From Hemiscyllium ocellatum (lineage: Eukaryota): DNA of 64,000 nucleotides. Positions 49,720-61,606 of the stretch are shown piece by piece. The stretch covers positions 55,843,877 to 55,907,876 of the forward strand of contig NC_083429.1 in assembly GCF_020745735.1 (NCBI RefSeq), given 5' to 3'. The position numbers and the translations under genes were made by a program. The notes under the pieces are model-generated. The model saw only the letters and a program-made list of their open reading frames with translations. It was not told the origin of the DNA and searched no databases. Every line of letters starts with the position of its first letter. Within the stretch, counting starts at the first letter, position 1.

Positions 49720-50730
49720 AATAGAACATGGAACATTACAGTGCAGTTCATGCTCTTTGGCCCTTGATGTTGCACAAATCTGAAGCCAATCTACCTACAC
49801 TATTCCATTCTTGTTCATTTATCTATCCAACAACCATTTAAATGCCCTTAAAGTTGGCGAGACTACAACTGTTGCAAGCAGTGCCATGGCCCTACTACTC
49901 TGAGTAAGGAAACTACTGGCATCTGTGCTATATCTTTCACCCCTCAATTTAAAGCTATGTCCTCGTGCTCACCATCACCATCTGAGGAAAAAGGCTGTCA
50001 CTGTCCACCCACTCTAACCCTCTGATTATCTTATATGTCTCACTAAAATCACCTATCATCCTCCTCTCTAACAAAACAGCCTCAAATCCCTTAACCTTTC
50101 CTCGTAAGACCTTCCCTCCATACCAGGCAACAACCTAGTAAATCTCTGAACCCTTTCCAAAGCTTCCACACTCTCCTTATAATAGTGACCAGAACTGCAC
50201 GCAATCCTCCAAGTGCGGTTGCACCAGAGTTTTGTACAGCTGCAGCATAACCTCCTGACTCCAAAACTCAATCCCTCTACCAATAAAAGCTAACACACTA
50301 TATGCTTCATAACAACCCTATTAACCTGGGTGGCAACTTTCAGGGATCTATGTACATGGACACAGAGATTTCTCTGCTCATCTACAGTGCCAAGAATCTT
50401 ATCATTTGTGCAATACTCTGCACTCCTGTTACTCTTTCCAAAGTGAATCACCTCCTACTTTTCTCTATTTGTCACCTCAGCCCAGCTCTGCAGCTTATCT
50501 ACATCCCTCTGTAACCTACAACGTCCTTCGGCATATCCACCAACCTTCGTGTCGTCCGCAAATTTACTAACTCATCCTTCTATGTCCTCATTCAGGCCAT
50601 TATAAAAAATGACAAACAGCAGTGGCCCCTAAACGGATCCTTGTGGTACACCATTAGTAACTGAACTCCAGGATGAACATGTCCCATCAACGACCACCCG
50701 CTATCTTCTTTCAGCTAGCTAATTTCTGAT
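49720..50730 (-). mobile_element. CR1 LINE 3' portion in the last intron of the ApoC-like gene
   Basis: Degenerate RT remnants (ESVEALERVQRFTRLLPGMEGRSYEERL). Confidence 0.85.
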
Positions 50731-51499
50731 CCACTTGCCTGGATGGGTGCAGCTCCAACAACACACCTGAAGCTTGACACATCCGGGACAAAGCAGCTGT
50801 TTGATTGGCACCTCACCCACAAGCCTCCACTTCCTCCATCACCGATGCTCAATAGCAGCAGTGCGTATGATCTTCAAGATGCTCTGCAGGAATTCACTAA
50901 AGATCCTCAGACAGCACCTTCCAAACTCGCAGCCATTTCCATCGGGAAGGACAAGGACGGCAGGTACATGGAACACCACCACCTGCAAGTTCTCCTCCAA
51001 GGCACCATCCTGATTTGGAAATATATTGCCCGTTCCTTCAGTGTCACTGGGTCAGAATCCAGGAATTCCCTCCTTCAAGGACACTCTGGGTCAACCTGCA
51101 GCACATGGACTGCAGTGGGTCAAGAAGGCAGCCTCACCCCCACCTTCTCAACTGGCATGTAGAGGGATAATCAATGCTGGCTGCACGGCCATGCCCAGAT
51201 CCCATGAATTAATTTTTAAAAATCATATGTGCATACAAACTAATCTATGGAGGAGGCCATTCAGCCCCTCAGACCTGCTCCACCATTCAAGAAGATCAGA
51301 CTGATCAGATCAGTTCACATTCTATCCACTACCCAATAACCTTTCACTCTTTATGTATCAGGAATTTAACCACCTCAACCTTTAAATAAGTTAAAACTTC
51401 AATGTTTTCACTGCGCTTTGAAAAAGGGAGTTCCAAACAAAGACAACCCTCTGGTGAGAAAACAATTTTCCTGATCCTTCTCTTAAAAGGGTGACTGTT

Positions 51500-52127
51500 C
51501 AAAGTTTGTGAGAAGATTTGTAGCTCGGGTGCTCGTTGTTGTGGTTCTGTCCGCCGAACTGGAGCCAGACTGCTGCGACCACTAGGACTCATAACAGCAC
51601 ACAAACCAACAGCCACTCTCAGACAACAACTCACCAGGACAAAGGACCCGATACACAGCAGGAGCAAAACCAACATAGTGTACAAAATCCCATGCAAGGA
51701 CTGCACAAAACACTACATAGGACAAACAGGAAGACAGCTAACAACCTGCATCCATGAATACCAACGAGCCACGAAACGACACGACCAGCTATCCCTAGTA
51801 CCCATACACTCAGATGACAAACAACACAAATTCAATTGGGACAACACCACTATTATAGGGCAGGCCAAACAGAGAACAGCCAGGGAATTCCTAGAGGCAT
51901 GGCACTCATCCACAAATTCTATCAACAGACACATCGACCTAGACCCTATATACCACCCACTGCAGCGGACAGCAACTGACAACCGGAAGCGGCAGATTCA
52001 AACCAGTATAAATGCCGAAGGAAACATGACAGAAGCGCTTCACAGGAGGCTCCCAAGCACTGAGGATGTCACCTAGAAAGTAAACGTTTGCAACAAAAAC
52101 TCCCAGCTCGGCGAACAGAACCACAAC
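51500..52127 (+). mobile_element. Penelope-like element 3' fragment with a short inverted terminus
   Basis: GIY-YIG ORF 51678-52076; decayed hammerhead near 52056-52092; 12-bp TSD AGGGTGACTGTT at 51488-51499 and 52128-52139. Confidence 0.9.
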
Positions 52128-53928
52128 AGGGTGACTGTTTATTTTTAAACTGACTCAAGTTCTATATTCTCCCAAAAGATGAAACATTCTCTTCACATAC
52201 AGTCTGACGAGACCCCTCAGCATTGTACATGTTTAAATCAAGTTGCCTATTACTCTTCTAAATTCCAGTGTGTACAATCCAGCCTGCCCATCTGTCCTTG
52301 TTATCATTAGATAACAATGCCCACCCCCACCCCCACCTGCTCCCCACTCCCAACCCAGCCCCTTCCCCCCAACCCCCCACCCCATTCCAGGAAATAATCT
52401 CGTAAACCTTCCTTGAGCTGCCTCCAATCCACATCTATTTTACATTAGACAAGATGAGCAGTGCTGTGGACAGTGTTATAAATGTGGTCGCACCAGTGTC
52501 CTGGATAACTGAAGCAGTGCCTCCCAACTTGTGTATCCAATTTCACTCAGTAAAACATAACATTCAATTTGCTTTCCGCTTGCAATTCATGCAAGAGAGT
52601 TCGTCCTCTGAGCTCTGCAATCTCTCAGCATTTAAATAATTGGCTTTTGAAAAATTTTTCTTTCCAAAATGGACAATTTCACAATCTCTTTAAATCTGCA
52701 GCCACTTCTCTGACTTCACTGTCAGGTCATGGTTATTTCTGTTAGCACTCTCAGTTTGCTTTTTAATACTAAGTGCATTCAGATACAAATCCTTATTTTT
52801 GTCTTTTTATTATTTTTGTAGTCTTTAGCTTTACCTACTGAATCATTCTCAGATCTCTTGTTATCTCTGCCTGTCACAGTATACATATGATTTCCCATAT
52901 TAATACTTTGTTGTTTTTCCTCGCCTCTATTTGATTTACCACATCTTTCTAAATTAAATTCTTTAACTTATTATTTAATTTACAACTTTCTCAACTTGCT
53001 TATTTACATGTTTTGCTAGAACGCTGGCCCAAACGCATTTCAGATGTAGACCCAACTAATGGTGCAGCTCCCACTTTCCCCGGGAGTGATGCCAGTGCCC
53101 ATGAACTGGAAACCATTTCTACCACAACAATCTTGAACTACACATTCATTTCTTTAATCTTATTTCTCCTGTACCTATTTATACGTGGCTCAGGTAATGA
53201 TCCAGAAATAACTGCCTGTGAGCTTCTGCTTCCTAACTTGGTGCCTACTTTCTCTTCCTGACTCTGAAGTACCTCTTTCCTTGTATCTATGGCATTGATA
53301 GCTTCATAAATCACAACGACTGAATCCTTGCTGCTCTAATACTGGACTCTTGAGGTCCACACGCAGCATCAACATCCAACGCCAGAAGTCAATGCATTAA
53401 TAGGGGATCTCAAAGGAGCCTCAGAGCAGCTCTGTAATCGTGCAGCTTAGAGAGAACTTTGCTTTATTCTCCTTGACAACAGGTTTTGTCATGCACTGAG
53501 CAGATGTCATAATCCCTTGCACCAGACAAGAAATATAATTTTCTGGATTTCCCTCTTTGCTACAGAAAACAATGTCAATGTCCCTCAATATATTGTTCCC
53601 TATAACCACTGCTGTCCTCTTTGCTCTGCCCACTTCAGTAGCTACATTTATCACTTGCAATGGTCAACTAGCCCTGTGGTCATAACTGTCATCCTGACAA
53701 GCTGAAAGGATCTCAGACCTCTGGGGAGTTGCAAATACTGAGGCTCCTGCACTCTGCCATTTGGCTCCCCTCACCTGCCTCACTGATTACTGGGTCAGCA
53801 GGAACTGAGAAAAATGTATGAGTGTAGAATTTAAGCTTTCCATTCCCAACTGCCTCTGTAGGCTATTTTCACCCAATAATTACGAAAAGTAAACCGAGCT
53901 GAGTGAAGTCAATGTTGCGGCTGCTCAC

Positions 53929-54070
53929 TGGCTTTGTTGAACCACAGAAGACTCTCTGAAGCTGGTGAGCCATTCAGTTGCCTGATCTTTCATTCCCATT
54001 ACATAATCTTGTAGATTGCTGATGGGCTGGGCTGTAGGACTGGCTTGTTCCAATGGCAAAGCATCACAGG
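53929..54070 (-). CDS. Apolipoprotein C-III/C-I-like gene, middle exon (ACDALPLEQASPTAQPISNLQDYVMGMKDQATEWLTSFRESSVVQQSQ)
   Basis: 142 nt, ttattttccag acceptor and gtgagc donor, phase 1-2. Aligns without gaps to human APOC3 [29 protein letters not shown] (recalled sequence). Confidence 0.88.
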
Positions 54071-54891
54071 CTGGAAAATAAAGAGAGGAAAAGATTGGAA
54101 CAGATTGTTCGACAAAGGTTTGGGACAGAATATTTGGCAAAGGATTTCACAGCAAATAGAAGGATTAAAAAAACACAAGAATCTGGTTCTAATGTACTGG
54201 ATAATTTGTCTGAACTAATTATTTGTACAGAACCTGAAGGAAAACATTCAGGATTATCCAGCAAATGTTGACCAATTACAGAATCACATCTCAGATTGAA
54301 TACTGTTGTGGGTTTTGCAAGCGCAGACTGGCTGAGTATGGCTCATCCCCTGATTGGGAACAGGTTGTTTTCCCTTTACTTTGGTATTTCTTGTGATTTG
54401 TCCTGATGAGTACAAGGTTTGACAAAATGTGCTGTTTTTCAAAAATGACTCAACTTTAACCTAAGTCAGGAACCTCATTCAATTATTAATCATTGAAAAT
54501 GTCAGCCCGGGGTCATGTGTAGGTTTCTCCTTTGATGGTTTTTGGGGAACTAATTTCTGCGAGACCCTCAATCTATTGGATTGACCACCAGGGTTTATAA
54601 GAACCCAGGAAAGTTCAAAAGAAGGTCAATATAACATTAAATGTCCCTTGTGTAGGAGTGTTTGATCCGGACAGTATAGAGAGAGCTTTACTCAGTATCT
54701 AATCCCATGCTATCCCTGTCCAGGGGCCGTTTGATGGGGTCAGTGTTGAGGGATCTTTCATTTTAAAACAGTAGACCTTTACACTGTATCTAACCCAGTG
54801 CTGTCCCCACTATTGCTTGGAACAAAACAATCTCCCCAAGAAAAGAAACTGATTGATATTTACATTTAAATACAAAGTGTTGCTCACTTAC

Positions 54892-54949
54892 CAATTAGGA
54901 TTGCACCGAAGACGACTACAACAGACAACACGACCATTTGAATCTTCAT
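54892..54949 (-). CDS. Apolipoprotein C-III/C-I-like gene, signal-peptide exon (MKIQMVVLSVVVVFGAILI)
   Basis: AAA ATG; hydrophobic signal peptide; 58 nt ending in phase 1 at G|gtaagt, as in exchangeable apolipoprotein genes. Confidence 0.88.
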
Positions 54950-55734
54950 TTTGACTTGTCTTTTCTGTCTTTGCTGTCTTAAGTGAGAGGATTGATGATT
55001 GATAAAGAGGAATGGCATTATGTTACTGTGCAGTGCTCAGAATGCAAAGAATATGCTCAGAACATCTGAAACATATCAAAGATTATCTCCTGTTTTCTCC
55101 TAATCACCAGCACAAAGCAGCTTTCCCTCCAATTGTGCCTCACTCATGAATGCAGCTATCTCTGAAATGGGTAGCTCATTGTGTTGCTTCTAATCCCAAC
55201 ACTCTCGACCACAACATGATCTGTCTCTCCTCTTAACTCTCTCCCTTCACCACTTTGTCTCATCTGTCTCTTTATCCCATCTCTCATCCTCACCCCCTTA
55301 CTCTCCCCCCTCTCCCCTTCACTCTCTCTCACCTCTCCGTCTCCTCCTCATACCAAGCACTTGCTGACACTGGTGAGAAGCATAAAAAGTGGCAGCAGAG
55401 AGATGTCTCCCTGTAGTGACACAGGGTGAAGCCAGTACGAGTTGAGTGGGATTGAACACATTCCAGAAGAAAGCAGTGTGATGTTTGTAATGAAGGGGAA
55501 ATTGATTGGTTAAGTAATATTTCTCTTGTGTTTCCTAAAATAGGCCAATCAGTCAAGCGTGGAGCCAAAAGGTCAAACATTCAGTTTGGCCAACTTCAGT
55601 TGTAAGTGAATTAAACTGTTTGACACAGAATAATGTTATGTCTTCCAGTCAATGTTCCTTTTAGTGACATGGTACCACAGCATGGGACTCAATGGTATAA
55701 CAATTTCAGACTGAGATCACTCGAAACATGACCT

Positions 55735-56350
55735 GACCTTTATTGGTCAGAGTATTGAGTACGGTAGTTGGGAGGTCATGTTGCAGCTGTACAGGACATT
55801 GGTTAGGCCACTGTTGGAATATTGCGTGCAATTCTGGTCTCCTTCCTATTGGAAAAATGTTGTGAAATTTACAGAAAAGATTTACAAGGATGTTGCCGGT
55901 TTGGAGGATTTGAGCTACAGGGAGAGGTTGAATAGGCTGGGGCTGTTTTCCCTGGAGCGTCGGAGGCTGAGGGGTGACCTCATAGAGGTTGATAAAATCA
56001 TGAGGGGCATGGATAGGATCAGTAGACAAAGGTCTTTTCCCTGGGGTGGGGGAGTCCAGAACTAGAGGGCATAGGTTTAGGGTGAGAGAGGAAAGATATA
56101 AAAGGGACGTAAGGGGCAATTTTTTCATGCAGAGGGTGGTACGTGTATGGAATGAGCTGCCAGAGGAAATGGTGGAAGCTGGTACAAAGGTATTTGGAAG
56201 GGTATATGAATAGGAAGCATTTGGTGGGAAATGGGCTGGGTGCTGGCAGATGGGACTAGATTGGGTTGGGATATCTGATCGGTATGGACAGGCTGGACCA
56301 AAGGGTCTGTTTTTGTGCTATACAGATCTATGACTCAATGACTCTGACTA
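55735..56350 (+). mobile_element. HER1/CR1 LINE 3' fragment
   Basis: LYRTLVRPLLEYCVQFWSP motif; (ctatgact)-type tail. Confidence 0.92.
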
Positions 56351-56716
56351 GAAGCATTAACTGAACAGCCTAAACCAGCCCAGACACTTGTGTCTATAAA
56401 TGTAATTGTTCTTTATTATAGACAGCTGCAATTATATCACATTATCCTTGCCTAGTTTATGTTATGAGGGATAACACAAACTTTGCCATGACAGGCAAAG
56501 ATATCCTGTTGGATATCATGGTTGTAGGAGGTGGCCGTCTGGAAAGAAACAATTCCAACATCTCAATAACAGATATTTGTCAAAGTAATTGAAGATGAAT
56601 TGAACAGCAGCTCTGCATAATAAAGAATTCAGACAATTAACATCATCAGCTTCTGAGAGTACATTTACTCATACAGATCTGTAGACAGGACCTGTCAGAA
56701 GACAGGGAGATTTTCA

Positions 56717-56930
56717 TTGGGGTGGCACGGTGGCTCAGTGATTAGCACCACTGACCCGGGTTCAATTCCAGCCTCTGCTGTCTGTGTGGAGTTTGCACAT
56801 TCTCCCCATGACTGTGTGGGTTGCTTCTGGGTGCTCCGGTTTCCTCCCACAGTCCAAAGATGTGCAGGTCAGGGTGGATTGGCCATGGAATTGAAGGGAT
56901 GGGGTGGGATCCTTTTTGCAGGATCAGTGT
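56717..56930 (+). mobile_element. HE1-type V-SINE, internally deleted
   Basis: tRNA head and V-domain. Confidence 0.75.
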
Positions 56931-58549
56931 GCTGAGTTCTTTCTGGTTAAAATGTAAGTTCTTTCATGTTACAAGAAATATATAACAGTGCCTTACTTCC
57001 AAAGTAAATTGTAAATGGCAGCATATCTGAGGGTTATGGTCAGTCACTGAGATGGTGAATACTGTCTCCCTTCCTGTCTCTCTTTAAAAACATTCTGCTT
57101 CTTTTAAAAATAGGCATCTGAATGGTTCTAGAAGCACAGTTAGAAAGATCTGTAGCAGAACTACAGCGAAACCAACCCCCTTGGAAGGCCATTTTATAAA
57201 CTAAGAAGGTTTTTCTCTCTCCAGACTCCCTTCCGATTTTTCTATCAGTGCCAAAATAAACAAACAAACATCAATGGGACATCATTACTCCTATTTCAAA
57301 AAGGTTGAAGCCTGTAAATTTTAAACTTCCAGGACGTAGTTCACGAAGCATCTTGAAAGGGGCCAAGGCAAATAAAGAAACAGCTGAGAGAAAGTGAACA
57401 GGAGAGACAGAGAATTTACAGCCCAGGAACAGGCCCTTCGGCCCTCCAAGCCTGAGCCGAGACTAGCTGAAGGTAAGACTGAACAAGCTCCAACTTGTTA
57501 TATATGGGGAAGAGGCAATTGACAATCTTGTTAGAAGTTGCCCCAAGGGACAGATGTGACTGTGGCTTTTCCAGTGAGGAAATCTCGGACAGACTGATTG
57601 AGTTAGCCACCATGGTAATATGAACCAAAGCCTTCACAGCTAATAATATCATAAAATCCGAAAAGGCAGGAAATTACATGCTGAAAGTTCAAACTGAGCC
57701 AGGTGGGAGTGCCAGCATTTCACCACCATCAATGTCCTGCAATACAAGCACCTCAGCAAGTGGTGCTCAAAAGCACAGGCCATGAGAAGTTGTGTCACAG
57801 TATTTACTGAATCACACAGCAGTGACAACACCCAAGCTCCTGTTGCTTTTCAGAAATATTAATTGTGTTGGTGGCAGGGCTCTCCATGTTCATTGATCGA
57901 GATATACACCTCAATCATGAGGGTCAAACAACACTCTGCACTGGGACAATCACACATGATCCAATTTAAACAGTTAGATCAAGGATGATCTGTCCACTTT
58001 GGCCAGAGCTGGTGTCAAGTGGTCTGTTGCCTGTTTTGATCAGATTTACATCTTTTAGCAACAAGTTTCAATTAGAGAAGCTGGTGTTGTCTCTGGGACA
58101 GTGTTACTGGAGGGACACTTGGTGAACAAGGATAAGGTTATGACAGGTTTAGATAAAATAGAAGCTGTGCCTTATTGACACATGGTACCAGGGTAGAGGG
58201 CACAGATTAAAGGATTGGGAAAGAGTAGTGGAGATGAGGGAGGCAGGAGGGCTGTGAGGATGAATATATTTACACGGTGAATGCCAGTAATCCAGAATTT
58301 ACTTCATGTTCAGGGAGGTTGGTAGAGGCAGAGACAATGGTGCTTGAGGAAAGTAAATTAAACAGACAGGAATCAGTAAATTGAGAGAGACAATACTCTC
58401 CTGGAGAAGGGTGGGACATGGCATGTACAGTCAGTCTCTGTAATTAGACCCCTATCCCTTTCCCCTTCTCGGTTTGCTTCATCTCAACATTTCCCACCCA
58501 TCCAGCTACCCCTTCTCAATCTGTCTACGTCTCCTGTCCCTCCCGCTCC

Positions 58550-60321
58550 TCACCCCCTCCTACACACCCTTCCTGTATAATTACTGCCCCCCGTCCCCCT
58601 CACTCCCTCCTACATACCCTTCCTTTATAATTACTGCCCCCTGTCCCCCCCCTCACTCCCTCCTACATACCCTTCCTTTATAATTACTGTCCCCTGTCCC
58701 CCCCCTCACTCCCTCCTACATACCCTTCCTTTATAATTACTGCCCCCGTCACCCCCACTCCCTCCTACACACCCTTCCTTTATAATTACTGCCCCCTGTC
58801 CCCCCCCACTCCCTCCTACACACCCTTCCTGTATAATTACTGCCCCCTGTCCCCCCCCATTCTCTCCTACATACCCTTCCTTCATAATTACTGCCCCCTG
58901 TCCCCCCCCCACTCCCTCCTACATACCCTTCCTTTATAATTACTGCCCCCTGTCCCCCCCCACCCCCTCCTACACACCCTTCCTTTATAATTACTGCCCC
59001 CTGTCCCCCCCACTCCCTCCGACACACCCTTCCTGTATAATTACTGCCCCCTGTCCCCCCCCACCCCCTCCTACATACCCTTCCTTTATAATTACTGCCC
59101 CCTGTCCCCCCCACCCCCTCCTACACACCCTTCCTGTATAATTACTGCCCCCTGTCCCCCCCACCCCCTCCTACACACCCTTCCTTTATAATTACTGCCC
59201 CCTGTCCCCCCCCACCCCCTCCTACACACCCTTCCTTCATAATTACTGTCCCCTGTCCCCCCCCCACTCCCTCCTGCACACCCTTCCTTCATAATTACTG
59301 TCCCCTGTCCCCCCCCACTCCCTCCTGCACACCCTTCCTGTATAATTACTGTCCCCTGTCCCCCCCCCACTCCCTCCTGCACACCCTTCCTTCATAATTA
59401 CTGTCCCCTGTCCCCCCCCACTCCCTCCTGCACACCCTTCCTGTATAATTACTGCCCCCTGTCCCCCCCCACTCCCTCCTACACACCCTTCCTTCATAAT
59501 TACTGCCCCCGTCCCCCCCCACTCCCTCCTACACACCCTTCCTGTATAATTACTGCCCCCTGTCCCCCCCCACTCCCTCCTACATACCCTTCCTGTATAA
59601 TTACTGCCCCCTGTCCCCCCCCACTCCCTCCTACATACCCTTCCTGTATAATTACTGCCCCCTGTCCCCCCCACCCCCTCCTACATACCCTTCCTTTATA
59701 ATTACTGCCCCCTGTCCCCCCCACCCCCTCCTACACACCCTTCCTTTATAATTACTGCCCCCTGTCCCCCCCACCCCCTCCTACACACCCTTCCTGTATA
59801 ATTACTGCCCCCTGTCCCCCCCCCACTCCCTCCTACACACCCTTCCTTTATAATTACTGCCCCCTGTCCCCCCCCACCCCCTCCTACACACCCTTCCTTC
59901 ATAATTACTGTCCCCTGTCCCCCCCCCACTCCCTCCTGCACACCCTTCCTGTATAATTACTGCCCCCTGTCCCCCCCCCACCCCCTCCTACACACCCTTC
60001 CTTCATAATTACTGTCCCCTGTCCCCCCCCCACTCCCTCCTACACACCCTTCCTTCATAATTACTGTCCCCTGTCCCCCCCACTCCCTCCTGCACACCCT
60101 TCCTGTATAATTACTGTCCCCTGTCCCCCCCCACTCCCTCCTACACACCCTTCCTGTATAATTACTGCCCCCTGTCCCCCCCCACTCCCTCCTACACACC
60201 CTTCCTGTATAATTACTGCCCCCTGTCCCCCCCCCACTCCCTCCTACATACCCTTCCTTTATAATTACTGCCCCCTGTCCCCCCCCACTCCCTCCTACAC
60301 ACCCTTCCTGTATAATTACTG
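58550..60321 (+). repeat. Minisatellite of about 51 bp, roughly 34 copies (CCCTTCCTTTATAATTACTGCCCCCTGTCCCCCCCCACTCCCTCCTACACA-like)
   Basis: Directly visible periodic TAATTACTG anchor. Confidence 0.95.
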
Positions 60322-61396
60322 TGATTAGTCTCTGAAGGTGGACTCCAAAACCCCACCCGAACAGTTTGGCAGCTTCAGTTGTGTATCTGCCTTGATCCTA
60401 TCACTTTTTCATTTGTTTTAAAAGCTGCTCCGTAACCAGAATCAGTAAATCACTTGGAGTTTTTTCTGTTTTCTCTTCTCTCTTACACCATTCCTTCTTC
60501 AGAATTTCCAAGTGTATTTGAGTCCCCAGTTCGTAAAGCCCATCCTGAACAATCTTTGTGCTACTATCCTTTGTTGTTAATTAAAACCTTTGAGGAATTG
60601 CACAGCCACAGCCCCACCTCCTTCCTCTCGACAATAAACAGACTCATTCTCCATTAGCTCTTCAGGCACAATGGTTGTTGTAACACTGAGCTCTTACCTG
60701 GAAATGTGTGAATGTCTCTGATCTGTTGTGAAGTGAGTTGATCTTATATAGCACCTGATAAGACCATTCAGGTTAATATAATCAATTCCTGTTGACTAAT
60801 AGTTAGGGAGTTTGTTGTGTCAAAGGTTGTCAACAGCAGAAACTGATGGCCAAGGATTTTGAAAGCTTGTCGTCTTTTCTGCTGACGTGCACAAGTTGCA
60901 TTGCCTTGACTCCAGGTGAACATGTGGCCCAGGTTTCCAGATGATAGATCACACATTCTAGTCAATATTTCATGGTATGTTTGGGCACCTGGTACCGAGT
61001 TTAGTGTAACCTCCATGAACTAATTTCTGTTTTGAAACAAGTAAACTCAAGATTGGGAGCTGATTTCCTCGGATGAGGACTCCAGGATTAAAATGAGAGC
61101 AAAGGAGCGGTATCAGGAATCCCTGATACACAGACCTCCCGTGAAAAAGCTGTGAATGCTGGGGTTTCCGTTAGAATTTTTTAAAAATTCAGATATGATT
61201 TTGGTGGGTTGGGTTTCGATGGCGATGGAGCGATGGCAGGATTACCGGAAAGGCCTGAGTAACTCACCTGTTAATGAAAACAGATTCAGGTGCTATATCA
61301 ACGTAATAACTGTGCGTGGATGGATAAATTGGAAATAAAAGTTTAGAGATTCACAAAATTGTGTTTTCGGCCTGTTCTTGTGGTCCAGGTATTGTC

Positions 61397-61606
61397 GCTG
61401 AAAATGTGTTGCTGGTCAAAGCACAGCAGGCCAGGCAGCATCTCAGGAATAGGAAATTCGCGTTTCGAGCATAAGCCCTTCATCAGGAAGGGCTCATGCT
61501 CGAAACGCGAATTTCCTATTCCTGAGATGCTGCCTGGCCTGCTGTGCTTTGACCAGCAACACATTTTCAGCTGTGATCTCCAGCATCTGCAGACCTCATT
61601 TTTTAC
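61397..61606. mobile_element. Near-perfect palindromic PLE-derived element
   Basis: Arms of about 85 bp with one mismatch and an ATCAG loop; 14-bp TSD GTCCAGGTATTGTC at 61383-61396 and 61607-61620. Confidence 0.88.

Noticed and set aside
58474-60199. Repetitive Gly-rich ORFs and a superficially array-like periodicity
   Set aside because: Translations of a minisatellite. There are no unique spacers and the DNA is eukaryotic, so this is not a CRISPR array.
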